Source of the DNA: Flavobacteriaceae bacterium
GTDB taxonomy: Bacteria > Bacteroidota > Bacteroidia > Flavobacteriales > Flavobacteriaceae
Length of the DNA stretch: 32,000 nucleotides
Assembly: GCA_965224465.1 (NCBI GenBank)
Contig: OZ245049.1
Span: forward strand, 2,550,001 to 2,582,000
Reading direction: 5' to 3'
The notes below the pieces were generated by a model. That model did no database searches. It was not told where the DNA came from and saw only the letters and a program-made list of their open reading frames with translations. Positions 1 through 6,915 of the stretch are shown in pieces. A program made the translations under genes and the position numbers. The first letter of the stretch is position 1, and every line of letters begins with the position of its first letter.

Positions 1-692
1 CCAATAGAAAAGCTTTCTGAACATCCAACATGATGCTTATCCCATGGCATAGAATACAAATCCCCCCTACCAAATTCATGTTTTTCAGCATATTCCAACA
101 ATGGTTCAATATTTCTATTATTTGAAAGCCCCTTACCAACTTTACTATATGTTTTTTCATCCCAAACATACATTTGTTTTTTTCCTGGCCCTAAATGGTA
201 ATGTAGTACATTTTCTCCTCTATTATCTCTATGAATCCCAAGAGGGGTCCATCCATAATTACCTATGAAAGTAGTAAGTTCTATTCCCCAAGGAGGTATC
301 CCAATAATATCAAATAATGGTTGTACTGTTTTCAATATATATCCCGCCAAAATTTCCGAATGTTTTTCTCCATAATTAGTTATTATACCAAAATTTTCAC
401 CGAATACTCGTTCACAATATGATTGTATACCTTCATCGCTACTTAATTCATTTTTCTCAATTAATTTAATGATTTCTGAGTCACTCATTTCTATGCCGTC
501 AACATATAACCTAAATCCATTACTTATATCTAGTCTATTTATTCTAGATTTAAGCATTTCAAGAACACCTTCATTTAATACATTCACTAAATCATTCGAC
601 ATGCACCCCTCATAAACTTGTGTCTTTGTAAATGAAAAATTTTTCGCCATAAAAGACTTCCACCAATCGTGATTAAAGTTATTTGTTTTCAT
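1..692 (-). CDS. JmjC/cupin_4-like Fe(II)/2-oxoglutarate oxygenase (N-terminal ~230 aa; 3' end runs off the left edge of the window)
   Basis: Absent from the ORF track because it is open at position 1. My reverse-strand translation from the ATG (complement of 690-692) reads MKTNNFNHDWWKSF...TTFIGNYGWTPLGIHRDNRGENVLHYHLGPGKKQMYVWDE...FGRGDLYSMPWDKHHVGCSESFSI. The H-x-D (GIHRD), then G-x-K...W, then GDLYxxPxxxxH pattern resembles ribosomal-oxygenase/JmjC cupin hydroxylases. An in-frame stop lies upstream at 735-737. Confidence 0.6.
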   Translation of the reverse strand, partial: MKTNNFNHDWWKSFMAKNFSFTKTQVYEGCMSNDLVNVLNEGVLEMLKSRINRLDISNGFRLYVDGIEMSDSEIIKLIEKNELSSDEGIQSYCERVFGENFGIITNYGEKHSEILAGYILKTVQPLFDIIGIPPWGIELTTFIGNYGWTPLGIHRDNRGENVLHYHLGPGKKQMYVWDEKTYSKVGKGLSNNRNIEPLLEYAEKHEFGRGDLYSMPWDKHHVGCSESFSI

Positions 693-1020
693 TATTCCTC
701 TAGTTTTGTTACTATCTCTAATAAAATACTTGTTCTATAAAAAAAATTAAATCTGTAATTTCTAACTGTGTATTTTTTTATTCTTTCTTAAAATCCTAAT
801 TTTGTAATCTACCCAATAAAGTATCATTGTGGTAAGTGGGTAGTTTCATATAAAAAACGTCTATATTACTAACTATTGTTACTAAATCAACAAATCATAT
901 CATTAAAACGTTTCACTAATATGTTTTGAGTGGAACGTGTAAATATTTTGGCTTTCAAATATGCATAAACACTGAATTAAGTAAAATGCTGTTATTTACT
1001 AATCTCTAAAATATTATTTA

Positions 1021-1059
1021 TTGAAAAATGTAAGGATGTTTTACAGAAAACACCCTTAC
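1021..1059 (-). terminator. Rho-independent terminator/attenuator hairpin just downstream of the tandem precursor genes
   Basis: Plus-strand arms GTAAGGATGTTTT (1030-1042) and AAAACACCCTTAC (1047-1059) with loop ACAG form a 13-bp stem with one G-U wobble. On the minus-strand RNA the stem is followed by AUUUUUC. It starts about 20 nt after the stop of the 1080-1208 peptide gene. Confidence 0.6.
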
Positions 1060-1079
1060 GAGTAAATTAGAACATTATT

Positions 1080-1208
1080 CTAGCTTTCTACTTTCACTTC
1101 CTTTTTCTTTTCTTTCTTTGGTCTCTCATGCCCCCCTAATAAGGTTTGACTTTCAAGTGCCGATAATTCCTCAATATCAAGAAATTTTTTTGGATTTAAT
1201 TTTTTCAT
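1080..1208 (-). CDS. Double-glycine-leader RiPP precursor peptide, 42 aa (MKKLNPKKFLDIEELSALESQTLLGG | HERPKKEKKKEVKVES)
   Basis: Too short for the ORF track; translated by hand. The leader fits the double-glycine consensus (hydrophobic at -4, -12 and -15, Glu at -8, GG at -2/-1) and carries an FLD motif resembling the class I lanthipeptide FNLD box. It is a paralog of the neighbouring peptide gene, with many synonymous codon differences over conserved residues. Confidence 0.75.
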   Translation of the reverse strand: MKKLNPKKFLDIEELSALESQTLLGGHERPKKEKKKEVKVES

Positions 1209-1232
1209 AATAAAAATTTTAATTTGTAAATT

Positions 1233-1358
1233 TTACTTTGTTTCAACTTTTTTCTCTTTCTTTTTATCTGGTCTTTCGTGCCCTCCCTTTAAGGTTTGGC
1301 TTTCTAAAGCTGATAATTCTTGAGTATCTAAGAATTTTTCTGGTTTTGAATTTTTCAT
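1233..1358 (-). CDS. Double-glycine-leader RiPP precursor peptide, 41 aa (MKNSKPEKFLDTQELSALESQTLKGG | HERPDKKKEKKVETK)
   Basis: Hand translation. It shares KFLDxxELSALESQTLxGGHERP with the 1080-1208 peptide while using different synonymous codons (TTT/TTC, CTT/TTA, TCG/TCA, GCA/GCT, AGT/AGC, GGG/GGA, CAT/CAC, GAG/GAA). That pattern indicates purifying selection on a real coding sequence. Confidence 0.75.
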   Translation of the reverse strand: MKNSKPEKFLDTQELSALESQTLKGGHERPDKKKEKKVETK

Positions 1359-1612
1359 ATTAAAAATATAATTAAGTTAAACCTACTCATTGCTGGCTTT
1401 TCGGTTTCCGCCAATTTTTACTGCAGTAGTATTGTTTAACAAATAAATAATATTGTTATATAAATTCCAAAAATGTTTTCTTGAAATTTATAAATACAAA
1501 CATGATATTCATAAATTTCAAGAATAACAATAACACTCTAACAACTTGCTTGTTAGCTTATTACATCTTTGAATTAAAACAACTATATTTACGGAGAACA
1601 TTTTATAAAACC

Positions 1613-3847
1613 ATGCGGAAACAACGGAACCCCTATCAATTTTTAAGAACTTATTGCTTAAGAACCCCTCTTTTAGCCCTGAATATCTTAGATGATGTAT
1701 TTGGAAATAGACGGATTGATAAAAAAGCCTTAAGAACCTACTGGAATGATTCAGTAATTAAAGAAGCATTATTTTTAGCCTCTGCGGATTTACACCAACA
1801 ACTAAATCTGCTGTTTTTGGACCGCATAGAAAATACAAAAAAAGAGGAACGGCTGGTGCATAGTTTTTTAAAATACCTCCTTAGAGCTTCCACAAGGTGT
1901 ACTCCTTTTGGATTATTTGCGGGGATATCTATTGGGACCTTTGATACACATACAGCCATTCACATAGCTACCATAAATAACCATCGTAGAATTACGCAAT
2001 TAGATAGTAACTATATCGCGTCACTTTCCAAGCATTTATCTAACAATGCAGTTATAAAAAAACAATTATTATTTTATCCAAACACGTCTTTGTATAGACT
2101 TGGAGAACAATTCCGATATATAGAATATCAATTAACCGATAACAAACGTTCCTATAGCCTTGAAGCTGTGCAAAACAACGATTACCTTTCCCTATTACTT
2201 AGCCTTTCTAAAAATGGAGCGACCATTAATCAATTAGCAAAAAATCTTGTAAATAAGGAGATCTCTTTGGAAGATGCCACAGCTTATATACAACTCTTAA
2301 TAAGCAATCAAATTTTAGTGAGTTCCTTAGAATTGAATGTTACGGGCGATGACATGCTTTCTTGTATACTGAACGTACTTTCCAAGTTACATCACACAGA
2401 AAACATGGTTGCTAGACTCAAACATTTACAAAATCAATTAGAAAATTTAGACAAAAGACTTGGGAACACACCTAAAAATTACAAGAACATTCTCGAAACC
2501 CTAAAAAAAATACATGTCCCTTTTGAATCAAAAAATCTATTTCAAACAGATTTAAAGATATGCGCCCCCACAAACACATTGAACCAAAAACATGGATATA
2601 CACTTCTGAAATTAGTGCCCTTATTAAATAAACTTACTCCTTATATTCCAAATAAGAATTTAGAAAACTTCAAGAAAGCATTCACAAAACGCTATGAGCA
2701 GCAAGAAGTCCCCTTAATGCAACTGCTCGATATAGAATCCGGCATTGGATATATCCAACAAAGTACCATTTCCGACACGACTCCATTTCTGGAAGACATT
2801 CGTCCAAGACATAAAAACGACTTTGAAATAAACACCACCTACACTTATTCTAAATCCGACGAAATAATTAATAATAAACTGATTAAAACCCTAAAGAACA
2901 AGGAATATATCTTGGAGTTAATTGATGCCGATTTTGAGGAACTAGCATCTGACTGGAAATATGGATCAGATACTTTGTCTGCTTTCGTAGAAATAGTATA
3001 CATAAACAATGTAGAAACGTTGAGCGTAAAAGGTATTTATGAAGGAGCAGGGAATTTAATTGCACGCTTTGGTCACCTAGACACGCATTTATTAAAACAC
3101 ATTCAAGACATCACGGACAAAGAGCAACAAATGAATCCAAATTCCTTATTAACTGAAATTGTTCACCTTCCGGAAGACAGAACAGGAAACATCTTAAAAA
3201 GACCACATATAAGGAGTTACGAAATTCCGTATTTAGCAACATCAAACCTTCCAAAATCACAGCAAGTAGATTTAAAGGACATTGTTGTGTCTATAAAAAA
3301 CAATCACGTTGTATTGAGGTCAACGATTTTGAATAAAATAATCACTCCAAAATTAACCAATGCTCATAATTTCACCTCAAACTCGTTACCTGTCTATCAA
3401 TTTTTATGTGATTTACAATCGCAAAACACAAAACAGCAATTAGGATTTAACTGGCATCCATCAGTGAAAAAATATTCATTTTTACCAAGGGTACACTATA
3501 AAAATACAATTTTATCAAAAGCCCGATGGTATATTTCTCTTGAAAACATTCAGTTATTTATGAAATACGCCAAAAATGATCATAAATTACTAGCACAAAT
3601 TAATCGTTGGAAAACATCAAATGGTGCTCCGAAATTACTTGTTTTAATAGAAGGTGACAACACACTATTGATTCATTTAGAAAATTTAGAAAGTATTAAG
3701 TTATTTTTAAATATCATAAAAAGAAAAAAATTCTGTATACTTGAAGAATATTTATTTGAAGACAAAGTTGTTGTTAACAGCAATAACAAACGATTTACAA
3801 ATGAATGTATTATTGCACTTTACAATCAACAAAAACTAAAGCTGTAA
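1613..3847 (+). CDS. Lantibiotic dehydratase, LanB N-terminal (glutamylation) part of a split LanB
   Basis: ORF-track ORF 1481-3847. The likely start is the ATG at 1613 (MRKQRNPYQFLRTYCLRTPLL...), which matches the usual LanB N-terminus. The ~745-aa size, the RASTRCTPFGLFAG motif and the downstream SpaB_C partner fit Lant_dehydr_N-type proteins. Confidence 0.8.
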   Translation: MRKQRNPYQFLRTYCLRTPLLALNILDDVFGNRRIDKKALRTYWNDSVIKEALFLASADLHQQLNLLFLDRIENTKKEERLVHSFLKYLLRASTRCTPFGLFAGISIGTFDTHTAIHIATINNHRRITQLDSNYIASLSKHLSNNAVIKKQLLFYPNTSLYRLGEQFRYIEYQLTDNKRSYSLEAVQNNDYLSLLLSLSKNGATINQLAKNLVNKEISLEDATAYIQLLISNQILVSSLELNVTGDDMLSCILNVLSKLHHTENMVARLKHLQNQLENLDKRLGNTPKNYKNILETLKKIHVPFESKNLFQTDLKICAPTNTLNQKHGYTLLKLVPLLNKLTPYIPNKNLENFKKAFTKRYEQQEVPLMQLLDIESGIGYIQQSTISDTTPFLEDIRPRHKNDFEINTTYTYSKSDEIINNKLIKTLKNKEYILELIDADFEELASDWKYGSDTLSAFVEIVYINNVETLSVKGIYEGAGNLIARFGHLDTHLLKHIQDITDKEQQMNPNSLLTEIVHLPEDRTGNILKRPHIRSYEIPYLATSNLPKSQQVDLKDIVVSIKNNHVVLRSTILNKIITPKLTNAHNFTSNSLPVYQFLCDLQSQNTKQQLGFNWHPSVKKYSFLPRVHYKNTILSKARWYISLENIQLFMKYAKNDHKLLAQINRWKTSNGAPKLLVLIEGDNTLLIHLENLESIKLFLNIIKRKKFCILEEYLFEDKVVVNSNNKRFTNECIIALYNQQKLKL

Positions 3848-3955
3848 ACCAATAATACAACCATTAAAGATTTAGTTCCCCGTTATAAATAATAAAGTGA
3901 TCTGCCTTTACTGAGTATATATAGGTAAGACCCATTAATAAAAAAACGGGGGTAC

Positions 3956-4903
3956 ATGAACCATCTATATAAAGAGCGTCTGACACGCAAGAAAACACCC
4001 CATTGGGATGTTCCGTGTGAACGGAAAAAAAACACAGAACACACACAAAAAAAACGCACATTTATTATAGGGGAAGAGTGGCTTTATTATAAGCTATACT
4101 GCGGGGTAAAAACGGCTGACCTACTATTAACACGTGTAATAAAGCCTTTAACCGAACAATTACTAGAAGAAAAACGTATAGACCAATGGTTTTTTATCCG
4201 TTATTCAGATCCCGAACCTCATCTGAGAATTCGATTTCATTGTAATGATATCGCTGCTATTGGTAATATCATTAACTCCATCAAAGGCAGTATAGAATCT
4301 TATGTAAACAGCGGTATGATATGGAAAGTTCAGATCGACACCTATCAAAGAGAAATAGAGCGCTATGGAACCAACATGATTGTTAAATCAGAGTTTTTAT
4401 TTTATATAGACAGTAAAACTTGCCTCAACGCTTTAAGCCTTATAGATGATGATGAACTGCTTTTTTTATTTGCATTACGTATAATTGATAGTATCCTACA
4501 TATATTCGAATTAAGTGATCAAGAAAAAATAAGATTCACGAAGAACAATTTGAATCAGTTTAAAAAGGAAGTTGGATCTAGTAAAGATTTAAGCAAACAA
4601 CTATACACGAAGCATCAAGGATTAAAAACTAGAATAATAGCATTTATGAGCATGCAAACTCATGAAGAATATGCCTCATTAATTGTTCTTTTTAACGAAT
4701 ATGAAAAGAAACTAGATTATATAAAAGAAGCATGGAAGACGGAAAACATAGCCTTAAATTCATCAATGGAATATTTAATTTCAGATTATATCCACATGAC
4801 TGTAAATAGGATTTTCAGAGATAAACAACGACTTCATGAACTTGTTTGTTATGATAATTTGCATCGTTTTTATAATTATAAATTAGCAACCAATGAAAAA
4901 TAA
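3956..4903 (+). CDS. SpaB_C / thiopeptide-type bacteriocin biosynthesis domain protein (glutamate-elimination part of the split LanB)
   Basis: 315-aa ORF containing WLYYKLYCG...DQWFFIRYSDPEPHLRIRFH, the hallmark of the LanB C-terminal/TIGR03891-type domain. It has an unusual ~35-aa basic N-terminal extension. Confidence 0.75.
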   Translation: MNHLYKERLTRKKTPHWDVPCERKKNTEHTQKKRTFIIGEEWLYYKLYCGVKTADLLLTRVIKPLTEQLLEEKRIDQWFFIRYSDPEPHLRIRFHCNDIAAIGNIINSIKGSIESYVNSGMIWKVQIDTYQREIERYGTNMIVKSEFLFYIDSKTCLNALSLIDDDELLFLFALRIIDSILHIFELSDQEKIRFTKNNLNQFKKEVGSSKDLSKQLYTKHQGLKTRIIAFMSMQTHEEYASLIVLFNEYEKKLDYIKEAWKTENIALNSSMEYLISDYIHMTVNRIFRDKQRLHELVCYDNLHRFYNYKLATNEK

Positions 4904-6590
4904 TTACATGAAATATTATTTTATCTGTGTCTTGTATTTTTGTACAGCATTAATTTACAGTCAAAATAATATAGATTTTTTTTCGAAACCAATCGATAGC
5001 ATTGAGAAAATATTTATAAATCTCGACGAGTCTGAGAAAATAAAACTATCTAGTAACTATTTAAAAAAAGCCAAACATAACAACAACCAACTAAAAATAT
5101 GTAACGGCTACTTTCTAAAATCACTTGCTCATTCGCATACTGAAAAAGCAATACAATTTGCAGACAGTTTAATATATGTAGCCCAAAAGTTAAAAAACAA
5201 CCACATTATAGCAAAAGGGCACTTACAAAAAGGGATACAATTATACTACCAAGCAGAGTATAAACAAGCTTTAGACCAATACCTTTTGGCTAAAAATCAT
5301 TATTCTCAAAACAACGATGCATTTGAAATACTCAGAATAAGGCATTACGTCGCATTATTAAAAAATACCTCAGGTCAAGAAAAAGAAGCATTAAACATAT
5401 TCAAGTTAAATATGTCATTTTTCAAGAAGAACCTTAATAACAGAAAAATATATCCAAATCAATATTTTAAGTCTTTGTTTGCATTAGCAGATTCATACCA
5501 TAGAAACAAATTATTAGACTCCTCACAAATGATGAACCTTAAAGGATTAAACCAAAGCTATGAATTCGACAATAGCTTATACCCTCATTTTTTAATTTCA
5601 TATGGTGCAACAAGAATTTCAAGTAAAGAAGTTAATTTTGGTATTGATAGCCTTTTGAAAGCTGTGAATCTAATTTCAAACAAAAAAAAATCTATTTGTG
5701 GTTTGTATGCTATTATAAATGAAGGTTATGAAATGGCTAATAAGCAAAACTTAGCCATTCTTTACTTAAAAAAAATAGATTCTATATATCAGAAAAATCC
5801 AAACGTTATTTTTCATGCTAAAAATGCTAACAAGAAATTATTCGACCATTATAAATTAAATAACCTACAAAAAGAACAATTAGAAACCATCAATAAAATA
5901 TTAGCCATTGACAGTATTATTCAGATTAAACACTCCATGCTAAGTAAACAAATAGTTGAAAAATATGATATCCCTCAGCTTTTATCAGAAAAAGAGAAAC
6001 TTATTTATTCTCTAAAAAATGAAAATATTTTCAGTAAAAAAATGATTTTCATTTTTATCATTTTAAGTACTTCCCTACTTCTTGCTTTAGGTATTTATAT
6101 AAGACGGAATGTTATATATAAAAAACGATTTAAGAATTTAATGAATCAAACAACAAACAATAACTCCATTGTAAAGATTGATATTATTGATTCTCAGAGA
6201 ATTGCTATTATTGGTGTTTCTAAGAAAATTATCGAGGACGTTCTATATAAATTAGAAATATTTGAAAACTCAAATAGATTTATTAAAAGATACACACTAA
6301 GTTCTCTGGCAAAAGAATTAAAAACAAATAGTTCATATCTATCTAATATAATTAATTCTAAAAAAAATGAAAATTTCTCAAATTATTTAAATAATTTGAG
6401 AATACACTATGCAATTGAAAAATTAAAAAATGATAAAAAATTTAGGTCATACACTATAAAAGCAATTGCAAAAGAAGTGGGGTTTAATACTTCTCAATCA
6501 TTTTCGAACGCATTTTACAAAAACACGGGACTATTCCCTTCTTTTTTCATAAAACAACTATCTAGCTCTTACATAGATGATTACAATTAG
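4893..6590 (+). CDS. Signal peptide + TPR-like repeats + single TM + C-terminal AraC/XylS-type HTH regulator
   Basis: N-terminal hydrophobic signal (MKYYFICVLYFCTALIYSQ; alternative start at 4908). TM segment IFIFIILSTSLLLALGIYI. C-terminal SLAKELKTNSSYLSNIIN...IKAIAKEVGFNTSQSFSNAFYKNTGLFPS is a typical HTH_18/AraC double helix-turn-helix. Its start overlaps the upstream stop. Confidence 0.7.
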   Translation: MKNNYMKYYFICVLYFCTALIYSQNNIDFFSKPIDSIEKIFINLDESEKIKLSSNYLKKAKHNNNQLKICNGYFLKSLAHSHTEKAIQFADSLIYVAQKLKNNHIIAKGHLQKGIQLYYQAEYKQALDQYLLAKNHYSQNNDAFEILRIRHYVALLKNTSGQEKEALNIFKLNMSFFKKNLNNRKIYPNQYFKSLFALADSYHRNKLLDSSQMMNLKGLNQSYEFDNSLYPHFLISYGATRISSKEVNFGIDSLLKAVNLISNKKKSICGLYAIINEGYEMANKQNLAILYLKKIDSIYQKNPNVIFHAKNANKKLFDHYKLNNLQKEQLETINKILAIDSIIQIKHSMLSKQIVEKYDIPQLLSEKEKLIYSLKNENIFSKKMIFIFIILSTSLLLALGIYIRRNVIYKKRFKNLMNQTTNNNSIVKIDIIDSQRIAIIGVSKKIIEDVLYKLEIFENSNRFIKRYTLSSLAKELKTNSSYLSNIINSKKNENFSNYLNNLRIHYAIEKLKNDKKFRSYTIKAIAKEVGFNTSQSFSNAFYKNTGLFPSFFIKQLSSSYIDDYN

Positions 6591-6592
6591 AT

Positions 6593-6626
6593 TTACATGT
6601 TGAAATTTATAAATCTCAACATGTAA
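6593..6626 (+). promoter_or_regulatory. Perfect 11-bp inverted repeat between the regulator gene and the acidic precursor gene (terminator or operator)
   Basis: TTACATGTTGA (6593-6603) and TCAACATGTAA (6616-6626) are separated by 12 nt. The repeat starts 3 nt after the regulator stop codon, has no T-tract after it, and lies 56 nt upstream of the ATG at 6682. Confidence 0.4.
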
Positions 6627-6681
6627 GAAACTAATAACTCTTATTAAAACAGTATATTTTCAAAAATTTAAAAACATAATT

Positions 6682-6834
6682 ATGAAAAAAGAAAATAAAG
6701 ACAACGCATTGAGCTTTGAAAAATTTCAAATTTCAAAAATTAAGAGTCCAAAATATATTATTGGAGGTAATATTGGTCAAGATGATGATGATAATGATGA
6801 TGGCGGCGGCGGCGGTGTAACAGATACCCAATAG
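6682..6834 (+). CDS. Double-glycine-leader precursor peptide, 50 aa (MKKENKDNALSFEKFQISKIKSPKYIIGG | NIGQDDDDNDDGGGGGVTDTQ)
   Basis: Hand translation; not in the ORF track. It has a Bacteroidetes-style leader (MKK...LSFEKFQISKIK...IIGG). It sits between the regulator and the S9 peptidase and is followed directly by a strong hairpin. Confidence 0.6.
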   Translation: MKKENKDNALSFEKFQISKIKSPKYIIGGNIGQDDDDNDDGGGGGVTDTQ

Positions 6835-6849
6835 AATAAAACACTCCTT

Positions 6850-6892
6850 ATAAATCATCAAGATCTATATAATTTTGATGATTTATTTTTAA
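6850..6892 (+). terminator. Rho-independent terminator/attenuator after the acidic precursor gene
   Basis: Perfect 12-bp stem ATAAATCATCAA (6850-6861) / TTGATGATTTAT (6875-6886) with a 13-nt loop, followed by TTTTAAATT. It lies 24 nt upstream of the S9 peptidase start. Confidence 0.6.
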
Positions 6893-6915
6893 ATTCCGTA
6901 ACACCATAACAAAAG

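Noticed and set aside
1481-1612. The 5' extension of the LanB ORF in the track (MKFINTNMIFINFKNNNN...)
   Set aside because: It is low-complexity, AT-rich read-through of the divergent promoter region. The conserved LanB N-terminus begins at the ATG at 1613 (MRKQRNPYQFLRT...).
6811-6826. The (GGC)4-GGT run considered as a G-quadruplex or regulatory element
   Set aside because: It sits in frame inside the candidate precursor ORF, where it encodes GGGGG. It has too few G-tracts for a quadruplex, so it is better explained as coding repeat sequence.
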